DNA of 37,617 nucleotides from an uncultured Rikenellaceae bacterium. GTDB lineage: Bacteria; Bacteroidota; Bacteroidia; Bacteroidales; VadinHA17. The notes beneath the pieces are model-generated. The model ran no database searches. It was not told the origin of the DNA and was given only the letters and a program-made list of their open reading frames with translations. The position numbers were made by a program, and so were the translations under genes. The DNA is taken from contig CAYOFK010000005.1 of NCBI GenBank assembly GCA_964403185.1, positions 1 to 37,617 of the forward strand, read 5' to 3'. Every line of letters begins with the position of its first letter. The first letter of the stretch is position 1. This document shows positions 19,001 through 25,622 of this stretch, in pieces.

Positions 19001-19181
19001 TGGTGCAATCCAGGATCTTACACTGGGAATCGTTGGCCGGAACCTGTTCTTTTTTATGAATGACATGCCGAACTTCGATCCTGAATCTACCTTCAGTACC
19101 AGTAACTTCTCACAGGGTGTACTTTGGTATAACCTGCCTACGGCACGCAGTATCGGGTTTAGCCTGAATGTAAGATTCTAA
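16029..19181 (+). CDS. susC: SusC/RagA-family TonB-dependent outer-membrane transporter
   Basis: 1050 aa with signal peptide ...LTGSVFAQQ. CarboxypepD_reg-like ITGTVTSQEDGSSLPGVNVVVKGTTIGAITNVNGTYTI. Plug blocks: EEVVVTALGISREKKALGYA, LAGRVAGVNI, PLYIVDGIP, SISVLKGPNAAALYGSRAANGVIYIITKKG. C-terminal ...SLNVRF. A SusD-like gene follows 20 nt later. Confidence 0.95.
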   Translation: MKKRFFIAFMLIFALTGSVFAQQRTITGTVTSQEDGSSLPGVNVVVKGTTIGAITNVNGTYTITVPADAQTLEFSFVGMETQEVTIGSSSSIDVTLAVSSSALEEVVVTALGISREKKALGYAMTEVSGDEISTVKETNVINSLAGRVAGVNITQSSSGPGGGTRVIIRGNNSLGGNNQPLYIVDGIPMDNSGVGGASGGGTGEYNRMDRGTGVSDLNADDIESISVLKGPNAAALYGSRAANGVIYIITKKGKSRPGIGVSFTSNIQFENPMILPKYQNKYGRGSTGLSPNDYPDLSTLKGTSSGWGGELDGSQQMYWVDDPLGSGTATMKAYSAQPDNVKDFFRTGINAVNTLAVEGGNQFINARFSYTNNVANSIMPNSGMKRHNFNLRTFIQPAEFLTVDTKITYFLQDYENRARQGTEGIMSYLFTIPRNTAINDLETYRRLPDYSSNSYRSLGANPYFLLYENTDLDSRNRIMGFVKATVEFSPWLSLFVRAGTDLTTTNVETIDAPGHHFYSQGRMSVSSRKFSETNMDFLLMFNKQVASGFNLGVNLGGNLMQQSSTSIGVSGSRFRIPTKLTVSSLGEFNGSYSPDVQKKIHSLYGNASLSYNNFIYLDVSGRNDWSSTLPENNWSYFYPSVGLSVLLQEFIDPNQGFLNFLKVRANWAQVGSDTGPYQLDVGYSISSASGSYLGLTTLSRPGTLLNVDLKPEITASTEFGFEFRLMDNRIFGDFSYYSIVTTDLIMDVPVSPSTGYSRFRSNVGKVTNKGFEFLVGGTPVMTDDFSWDISVNFSKNKNELVELIEGVDSYTFTTTNSGIVSVRATVKNDSIADSGGYGDIYGTTWQKTDDGRLVVDATGRPTSTGELVKLGNYQPDFLGGMTNTFKYKNITFSFLIDARIGGQLYAGTNASIMGSGVGEETLNRESRTLDAVVNTSGDPDNPTWEANTQEITGQQYFGAISGFAETHVYDQTNIRLRELSLLYRFPKSLFGGAIQDLTLGIVGRNLFFFMNDMPNFDPESTFSTSNFSQGVLWYNLPTARSIGFSLNVRF

Positions 19182-19201
19182 CTATAAAAGGAGAAAAGAT
19201 T

Positions 19202-20929
19202 ATGAAAACAATAAAAATAATTTTTGTTAGCCTGGTGCTTGCCTTTGGATTGTTCTCATGTACAAAGGATTTTGTTGAGATCAACACCAATCCAAACGTG
19301 GTACGTCCTGAGGAGGCCAGTGCGAAGTATTTTATTACCGGTCCTCTGAAGAATCTCTATGGCCCCAACAGGTATCCCTATTGGAGGGCACACCTTATCC
19401 ATACCGACAGATATGCCGGACATGTTACCTTTGGATTCCATGGCTCCTGGTGGAACGATGGATTGGGGTACACTTACAGCGTATCCTACACCAATGCCAG
19501 CTGGGGCTGGCTGGAAGGACATCTTGGAGGATTGGATAACTTTATGATGTTAACCCAAACAGGTGGTGATTTTGAAAATGAATTCATGTTTGCTGTGGCG
19601 AAGATCATGAAAGGGCTCTATTACCAAATGTTTACAGATGTTTTTGGCATGGTCCCCTACTCACAGGCAGCGGATCCAAATATCCAATTGCCTGTATTTG
19701 ATGCCCAGAAAGACATCTATAAGGGGATCATTACCGATCTGAATACAGCCATGACAATCATTGGGGATGCTCCAACTACAGGGGATGGCGTTGATGACCT
19801 TGGTGAGAACGACATTTATTGCGGTGGCGATCTGCAGAAATGGAAAGCAATGGCCAATACTCTCAAGCTCAGAATTGCCATACGGGCCTATGGCGCCGAT
19901 GGCGGCTCTGAAGATGCATTCTTCGGAGGAGCCATAACAGACGCCCTGGCCGGTCCGCTGTTGACTGAAAATGTAACCATGAAAAAGGATAATGAGATCT
20001 CTCAGTGGAATTCTGCATGCTACGGTGATGTCTGGTATAACTTCGGCCTGGGATCTAACTGGAAAATGGGCATGTCTCTGATAAAAAGAATGCTTGAAAC
20101 CAGCGATCCGCGTTTAGACAAATATGCCAAGAAGATCACAGGCGGCCGGTTTGTATTCAAGCGTCCGGATGCTGCCAATGACCAGGATGGTTCGGATAAT
20201 TTCCAGGAACGGACCACCTTTGTGGCCAGCGCAGTCAATATGCAGCTTGAACTGCAGGGTGCCGATACATCAGCCACCTTTACCTATACGGTTGGTACGG
20301 ATCCTTCAACTGATCCCGACAGTGTGGTATTTGATATTCCTGCTGGATTTTATGTCGGGCAACCTACCCGTTGCAATGGTTTTGTAAAAAAATACCTGCG
20401 CAATGAGTTTCTGAGTGATCCGGCTGAACCCATCATTCAAAGGAAGAACCGGGGCGCTCCGATCAAGGAAGAACTGATCATGAGTGCTGCCGAAGCTTAT
20501 TTCTTACAGGCACAGGCAGCCTTGCTGGGATTTGGATCAGGCGATTCAAAAACCCTCTATGAGCAGGGTGTGACGGAAGCCATGTCGTACTGGAAAGTTT
20601 CCGGAGGCGATGCAGCTTCCTGGATCATAGCCAACTCAACCGGTGTTCCAACCCAGGAAGACGTGGCCACACAACGCTGGATGGCTTTGCTTACCGATGG
20701 TTTTGAAGCATGGTCCGTGGTTCGGAAAAGCGGCTTTCCTTCGGAACTTGCCAATGGTGTTTCCAACCTGAAACTATATGAACTTGGAACCGCTGAGTTG
20801 AATGGCACGTATCCGCAGCGCCTGCGTTATGGAACCGGAGTTCAGAGTAATAACGGTGCCAATTATCAGGCAGCCATTGCGGCCCAGGGTGGCGACCATC
20901 AGGCTACCAAACTGTGGTGGGCCAAGTAA
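19202..20929 (+). CDS. susD: SusD/RagB-family nutrient-binding outer-membrane lipoprotein
   Basis: 575 aa with lipobox FGLFSCTKD. It lies directly after the SusC-like gene. FVEINTNPN near the N-terminus and the size are typical of the SusD-like family. The call rests on context plus family resemblance. Confidence 0.85.
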   Translation: MKTIKIIFVSLVLAFGLFSCTKDFVEINTNPNVVRPEEASAKYFITGPLKNLYGPNRYPYWRAHLIHTDRYAGHVTFGFHGSWWNDGLGYTYSVSYTNASWGWLEGHLGGLDNFMMLTQTGGDFENEFMFAVAKIMKGLYYQMFTDVFGMVPYSQAADPNIQLPVFDAQKDIYKGIITDLNTAMTIIGDAPTTGDGVDDLGENDIYCGGDLQKWKAMANTLKLRIAIRAYGADGGSEDAFFGGAITDALAGPLLTENVTMKKDNEISQWNSACYGDVWYNFGLGSNWKMGMSLIKRMLETSDPRLDKYAKKITGGRFVFKRPDAANDQDGSDNFQERTTFVASAVNMQLELQGADTSATFTYTVGTDPSTDPDSVVFDIPAGFYVGQPTRCNGFVKKYLRNEFLSDPAEPIIQRKNRGAPIKEELIMSAAEAYFLQAQAALLGFGSGDSKTLYEQGVTEAMSYWKVSGGDAASWIIANSTGVPTQEDVATQRWMALLTDGFEAWSVVRKSGFPSELANGVSNLKLYELGTAELNGTYPQRLRYGTGVQSNNGANYQAAIAAQGGDHQATKLWWAK

Positions 20930-20944
20930 TATCATTAACTCTAT

Positions 20945-20978
20945 ATAAAAAAAACCGTCCTCAGGGACGGTTTTTTTT
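20945..20978. terminator. Rho-independent, potentially bidirectional terminator after the SusD-like gene
   Basis: The sequence aaaaaaaaaaCCGTCCtcagGGACGGtttttttt has a 6-bp GC-rich stem (20955-20960 / 20965-20970) and a 4-nt loop. An A-tract lies 5' and a T-tract 3'. It begins 16 nt after the stop at 20929. Confidence 0.8.
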
Positions 20979-20980
20979 GT

Positions 20981-21242
20981 GAAAAGCCCGGTCTGCCCGC
21001 TGGCAGCGGTCCGACCGGTTCCTGGGTTGGAATAATGGAATAGTAGAACGATGCGGGCATCGACCTTCCAGCGTCCCGAAGGGTCCTGGAAGAGTCGGTC
21101 AAGGAAAGGTTAGTCGAAGAGTCGAAAAGTCGAAAGGTCAAAGAGTGAGTCGTGAATCGTGAATCTGAAGTCCGGATATGGAAGTTAAAGAGTGCTAAAG
21201 TTTTAAAGATGGTTTGAAGCCTTTAACCTTTCTGCTTCCTGC
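20981..21242 (+). repeat. Composite repeat block (forward orientation) between the SusD-like terminator and the 3' end of the FtsX-like gene
   Basis: In order it contains a GC-rich palindrome ccggtctgcccgctggcagcggtccgaccgg, ggaataatggaatagtagaacgatgcgggcatc, copy D and 8-nt-periodic words gtcgaaga/gtcgaaaa/gtcgaaag/gtcaaaga. Then come gtgaatc gtgaatc and ttttaaagatggt (21201-21213). Confidence 0.6.
21062..21096 (+). repeat. Copy D of the palindromic repeat core (35-nt variant)
   Basis: The sequence is gaccttccagcgtcccgaagggtcctggaagagtc. It has the same arms and a slightly longer loop, and lies in the gap between the SusD-like and FtsX-like genes. Confidence 0.8.
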
Positions 21243-23672
21243 TTACTCATACCTGATGGCATCCGCGGGATTCAAAGAAGCAGCCCTGATAGCGTGGAAA
21301 CTAATCGTGATCATGGCTATTACCAGTGCAATCAGACCGGCAAAAACAAAGATCAACGGATCGATCTTTGTTTTGTAGGCAAAGTTCATCAGCCATTGAC
21401 TCATAAAAATGAAGGCCACAGGTACGGCAATAATAAAAGCAATGGCAACCAGTCTGGCGAAATCTGAAGACAGCAAGCGCACAATCCCGGGAATGCTTGC
21501 ACCCATAATCTTTCGTATGCCAATCTCTTTGGTACGTTTGGTGGCAGTGTGAGCCGCCAAGCCAAATAAACCCACGCAGGCTATCAGAATGGCAAGCAGG
21601 GTAAAAATGCTGAAGATCTTTGTGGAAACTTCTTCGTTCTTGTACATGGCAAGAATATCATCCCTGAGGAATTTATATGAAAAAGGTATGTCCGGGACAA
21701 ACTCAAGCCACTTATCTTCAATGTCGGCAATGGTCGCTGCCTGTTCCTGGTCGCTGATCTTTACATTTAGCAACCCGATAAAAGGGAAGGGACCATGGTC
21801 ATTCCAAAAAACAAAGGATTTTATATCAGTATGCATGGAGTTATAATTAAAATCTTTGACAACACCAACCACAGTAAACAATATGGTGGGATTGTCTCCA
21901 TCTCCCGGACTGTATAATTTGGTTCCTACAGGATGTGTCAGTTTGAATTCCCTGACGGCAGATTCGTTGATGATCAGGCTGAGGGAATCACTCAGTTCTT
22001 TTGAGAAATTGCGGCCATCCACCATCTTCAATTGATGGGTTTTAACAAAATCATGATCAATGGTCATGCCCCTGGAGGTCATTACCTCCGATTGTTTTTC
22101 ATCGGTCTGAAAGAAGATCCCGGGATAATACCCACCGGAGATCTCTGCACTTGAACCTGCTGCAGCAATGATGTTTGGATCCTTTAAAAGTTCCTGCTTG
22201 AAGGCTTCCATTCGCTCCTGAAGCACACCGGTTCTCTGAACGATCACGATATTTTCTTTGTCAAATCCCATATCGGTATTCCTGAAGAAATGCATTTGCC
22301 TGATAACCAGAATTGTAACTGCAATGAGTACAATAGAGATCCAGAATTGAAATACCACAAGGGAGTTTCTCAGAAAAGTTCCTTTACCTGATATTGAAAA
22401 CTTCCCCTTTATGACAAGGGCAGGCCTGAATGCTGATAGAACAAAAGCAGGATAGCTTCCGGCAAGGACGCCAATGATGATGCCTATTGTCAGTAATACC
22501 GGCAGTGTGAACCAATTATCAAAATATCCGATTCTCAGGATTTTCCCAGTCAGCAGGTTAAATGATGGAAGAAACAATTCAACGATCACTACTGCAATGG
22601 CCATGCTTACAAAAGTTATGATTACTGATTCAAGAAGAAACTGTGAGATCAGTTGGCTCTTCTGTGATCCGACCACCTTGCGCATGCCAACTTCCCGGGC
22701 GCGGCCCATGGACTTTGCAGTGCTGAGATTCATAAAATTGATGCTGGCAATAACCACCAGGAACAAAGCTATCCCGGCAAGAATATATACGTAGGATATG
22801 TCTCCGTTTGGCCGGATCTCACTTTCAAGATGAGAATTCAGATGGATGGAAGTAAGTGGTTGAAGGTAGTAGTGGTATCCGTTACCGGCCTGGGTATAAT
22901 CCTTAAAACTCAGACCCAACCGGGTCTCGATCTGTCCGGCGGCATATTTTTCAACAAAAGCCGGCAGTTTTGCTTCAATGGTGCCGGGTTTGATACCTTC
23001 AACAAGTTTTATATAGGTAAATACTGAAAAACTGATGTAGTTTGGTGCCTGGTCCAGGCCTGTTGCAGAGATGCTCCCTATGATATCAAATTTCATGTGT
23101 GAGTTTTCCGGTATGTCCCGGAACACACCGGTAACCACAAGTTCCAGTTGGTTGCCGGGTATGATTAAATTTTTTCCAAGTGGATCGTCATCCCCAAAGT
23201 ACTTTCTGGCTGTGGATTCTGATAATGCTATACCGTTTGGAACGGCCAATATCCTGGAGGGATCTCCGGAAAGGATGGGTATATTAAAAAATTCAAAGAA
23301 CGTGGAATCTGCAAATGCGGCATGATTCTCACTGAAGGTTTGATCCTCATAATTCACAATGAATTCATCACCCACCTTCAAAGCCCTGGTAAATGAGGTG
23401 ATTCCAGGAAAATCATCCGCCATTGAGCTTCCGATCGAGTATGGAATAATGGCATAGGAAACAATGTTTTCAGGATAGATCCGGTCCAGGACCACCCTGT
23501 GGATCCGCTCCTTGTCCTTTACAAACTGGTCGAAGGAAAGGTCGTCCTGCAAACTTAATATGATCAGGAAAGAACAGGCGATGCCTATGGAAAGTCCCAG
23601 TATGTTAATGATTGAAAAAAGCTTATTCCGGAGAATATTCCGGATGGCAGTTTTGAAATAACTTTTCAGCAT
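21243..23672 (-). CDS. FtsX/MacB-type ABC transporter permease with a duplicated FtsX domain and no adjacent ATPase
   Basis: 809 aa. MLKSYFKTAIRNILRNKLFSIINILGLSIGIA is the canonical MacB/FtsX-like N-terminus. There are two four-TM FtsX-like blocks (...REVGMRKVVGSQKSQL... and ...KEIGIRKIMGASIPGI...), each preceded by a large extracytoplasmic domain. Confidence 0.9.
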   Translation of the reverse strand: MLKSYFKTAIRNILRNKLFSIINILGLSIGIACSFLIILSLQDDLSFDQFVKDKERIHRVVLDRIYPENIVSYAIIPYSIGSSMADDFPGITSFTRALKVGDEFIVNYEDQTFSENHAAFADSTFFEFFNIPILSGDPSRILAVPNGIALSESTARKYFGDDDPLGKNLIIPGNQLELVVTGVFRDIPENSHMKFDIIGSISATGLDQAPNYISFSVFTYIKLVEGIKPGTIEAKLPAFVEKYAAGQIETRLGLSFKDYTQAGNGYHYYLQPLTSIHLNSHLESEIRPNGDISYVYILAGIALFLVVIASINFMNLSTAKSMGRAREVGMRKVVGSQKSQLISQFLLESVIITFVSMAIAVVIVELFLPSFNLLTGKILRIGYFDNWFTLPVLLTIGIIIGVLAGSYPAFVLSAFRPALVIKGKFSISGKGTFLRNSLVVFQFWISIVLIAVTILVIRQMHFFRNTDMGFDKENIVIVQRTGVLQERMEAFKQELLKDPNIIAAAGSSAEISGGYYPGIFFQTDEKQSEVMTSRGMTIDHDFVKTHQLKMVDGRNFSKELSDSLSLIINESAVREFKLTHPVGTKLYSPGDGDNPTILFTVVGVVKDFNYNSMHTDIKSFVFWNDHGPFPFIGLLNVKISDQEQAATIADIEDKWLEFVPDIPFSYKFLRDDILAMYKNEEVSTKIFSIFTLLAILIACVGLFGLAAHTATKRTKEIGIRKIMGASIPGIVRLLSSDFARLVAIAFIIAVPVAFIFMSQWLMNFAYKTKIDPLIFVFAGLIALVIAMITISFHAIRAASLNPADAIRYE

Positions 23673-23675
23673 TAA

Positions 23676-23984
23676 CTAATACATTTTATTAATGCTGCGA
23701 CCCCAGTCATCCCTGTTTTTCATGGTGAATTGAAGTTCACCCGAATCACGGGTAACCACAGTAATGCCTTTTGGTGACAACAGACCTTTGCTGAAGTAAA
23801 AGATCTCCTTGATCTGGTTGAAAAGAATCTCACTGTTGTATTTATGGTCTTCTAAACTTAAAGGTTTGAAATATATGCGTTGATTTGTAAGTATGAGTTT
23901 GCCGTTAATCTTCCCTTTACTATTAAGCTGGTTTGAATCAGTGGCCTTAATGACCACTTCATTTTCTTTAAGATCTACTTTCAT
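23676..23984 (-). CDS. Small PH/GRAM-like domain protein, probably co-transcribed with the FtsX-type permease
   Basis: 102 aa. The pattern GKINGKLILTNQRIYFKP...ITVVTRDSGELQFTM resembles bacterial PH/GRAM domains (G-x-L-x-LTN-x-R-x-x-F). Its stop lies 3 nt before the permease start codon. Confidence 0.5.
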   Translation of the reverse strand: MKVDLKENEVVIKATDSNQLNSKGKINGKLILTNQRIYFKPLSLEDHKYNSEILFNQIKEIFYFSKGLLSPKGITVVTRDSGELQFTMKNRDDWGRSINKMY

Positions 23985-24012
23985 CTGTTTATTTTGATAT
24001 TTATGATTTAAC

Positions 24013-24020
24013 TAAATTTG
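24013..24020 (+). promoter_or_regulatory. Candidate -7 box for the ProX-like gene
   Basis: taaatttg lies 105 nt upstream of ATG 24125. Confidence 0.35.
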
Positions 24021-24048
24021 TCAGATCCGGATATCCAGACAGATTCTA

Positions 24049-24056
24049 CAAATATA
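24049..24056 (-). promoter_or_regulatory. Candidate -7 box for the PH-like/FtsX-like operon
   Basis: The plus strand reads caaatata, which is tatatttg on the minus strand. It lies 65 nt upstream of the minus-strand start at 23984. Confidence 0.35.
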
Positions 24057-24124
24057 TGACGTGCAAATTATGTTTTCGTTGCAGGAATACACAAGATTTT
24101 CACACTTTTTAACAAATATTTAAC

Positions 24125-24616
24125 ATGCAGGGACAACCGGAACTCTACGAGATACTGAAAAAACTTAACATTACTTTCAGCTATTATCCACATCCTCCGG
24201 TACCCACAGTGGAAGAAGCCATGAAGTATTGGAAGGGCATGGAAGCCACAAAATGTAAAAACCTGTTTTTCAGAAATCATAAGGGAAACAGACATTACCT
24301 GGTAATCCTTGAACATCGTAAAGATCTGGTCATTAAAGACCTTGAAAAACGCCTTAAACAAGGGAAGATCAGTTTCGCTTCTGAAAAACGGCTGGATAAA
24401 TTCCTGGGTTTAACCCCTGGCTCAGTCACTCCCTTCGGTCTGATCAACGATCATGAAAACCATGTCCATGTATTTCTGGATGAGGCCCTTAATGAAAGCA
24501 GGCTCATTAGTTTTCATCCCAACATCAACACCGCTTCGCTGGTGATCAGCTTTGGTGATTTTATGAAGTATCTGGATTGGACCGGGAATGCTTATGAATT
24601 CGTGAAATTGTATTAG
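24125..24616 (+). CDS. YbaK/ProX-type prolyl-tRNA-synthetase-associated editing domain protein (aminoacyl-tRNA deacylase)
   Basis: 163 aa. HPPVPTVEEA, KNLFFRNHKGNRHYLVI, SFASEKRLDKFLGLTPGSVTPFGLIND and ISFHPNINTASL fit the stand-alone ProX/PrdX pattern. Confidence 0.75.
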   Translation: MQGQPELYEILKKLNITFSYYPHPPVPTVEEAMKYWKGMEATKCKNLFFRNHKGNRHYLVILEHRKDLVIKDLEKRLKQGKISFASEKRLDKFLGLTPGSVTPFGLINDHENHVHVFLDEALNESRLISFHPNINTASLVISFGDFMKYLDWTGNAYEFVKLY

Positions 24617-24733
24617 GGGAAAGTTTATATGTTAGGGGTTGTGGGTTACGGGTTCCCGGTCTGTATCAAAAGGTATTTTCCGTTAAAGAAACAAGTTATC
24701 AGGCTTTTTATAACCGCCATGCAGTTGGCCCTT

Positions 24734-24818
24734 TTCTACCAATGTTCAGCCCCGCCGGGGCCTTTGATTTTCAGCTCAGTAGATAATGCCACTCCAGCGG
24801 AGTGGAACATTGGTAGAA
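24734..24818. other. 85-nt three-way-junction-like structured element (candidate small RNA or MITE-like inverted-repeat element)
   Basis: A perfect 14-bp inverted repeat, ttctaccaatgttc (24734-24747) / gaacattggtagaa (24805-24818), encloses hairpin GCCCC-gcc-GGGGC (24749-24761). A 28-nt unpaired segment follows, then hairpin CACTCC-agc-GGAGTG (24790-24804). Confidence 0.45.
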
Positions 24819-25116
24819 CCGACAAGTAGAATTAATATCGCTCCGTAGGTGCGAAACTCAACAGGCATGAAGCTTATTTCACTCTGCAGAGTCTGTCAAT
24901 AGCGCATTAAGTAAAAAGGGGAACAAGAAAGGAGATGGTAATCGTTGTTTTGAGATAATCTCATCTAAAACCGCCTGGCGGTTGAGTTCATCTTCAGTAT
25001 ATAATAACAAATGTAGCCACTTTTGAGACAGCCCCGTATTAACAACATCTTAAATTCCAAAAAACGATGCTGGCATAGACCTTCCAGCCATGCCTGCCGG
25101 CCAGGCAGTAGACTGA

Positions 25117-25614
25117 TCATTTATCCTCCTTTCTTCTCCGGGCATAGGCCATCTTAATGGCTGTAATGGCAGCTTCATCCCCCTTATTTCCGTATTTTCC
25201 ACCGGCACGTTCCAGGGCTTGATCCATATTTTCTGTAGTTAACAGGCCGAAAATAAAAGGAACTTCATGAGTTACATTTAATGCAGTAATGCCCTGAGTA
25301 ACGCTTTGACAAACATAATCAAAATGGGGTGTTTCTCCCCGAATGACACATCCCAGGCAAATGACGGCATCCAGGTTTCCTTTTTCAGCAAGGACCCGGG
25401 CTCCATAGGTGAGTTCAAAGCTGCCGGGCACATGCATGACCTCTGTCCGGCCCCTGGGAGTGCCATGTAACTGAAGTGTATTCAGGGCTCCTTCAAGAAG
25501 CCTGTGTGTAATTTGCTTATTCCAATCGGCTATAACGATGCCAACCCTCATTCCGGAAGCATCGGGAATACTTTCAGGATCGTAATCTGAGAGATTTTGT
25601 AATGAGGTACCCAT
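25117..25614 (-). CDS. ribH: 6,7-dimethyl-8-ribityllumazine synthase
   Basis: 165 aa. [50 protein letters not shown] and [11 protein letters not shown] are classic RibH blocks. Confidence 0.95.
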   Translation of the reverse strand: MGTSLQNLSDYDPESIPDASGMRVGIVIADWNKQITHRLLEGALNTLQLHGTPRGRTEVMHVPGSFELTYGARVLAEKGNLDAVICLGCVIRGETPHFDYVCQSVTQGITALNVTHEVPFIFGLLTTENMDQALERAGGKYGNKGDEAAITAIKMAYARRRKEDK

Positions 25615-25622
25615 GGCGTTGA

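Noticed and set aside
9444-21096. Whether the repeated ~33-nt palindromes form a CRISPR array
   Set aside because: The copies are kilobases apart, separated by full-length genes, imperfectly conserved, and one is inverted. There is no regular repeat-spacer periodicity and no cas genes.
24770-24790. tRNA-like D-arm string cagctcagtagataatgcc
   Set aside because: No acceptor stem, anticodon arm or GTTCGAATC-type T-arm can be built around it. It sits in the single-stranded part of the 85-nt element.
24629-24829. 66-aa ORF in the ProX/ribH gap
   Set aside because: It is read straight through the nested inverted repeats (24734-24818). It has no motif, and no promoter box was noticed next to it.
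24929-24957. AAGGAG followed immediately by ATG and a 7-codon mini-ORF (MVIVVLR) in the structured gap
   Set aside because: The spacing between the SD-like sequence and the ATG is zero, Bacteroidota rarely use SD-dependent initiation, and seven codons is within chance expectation.
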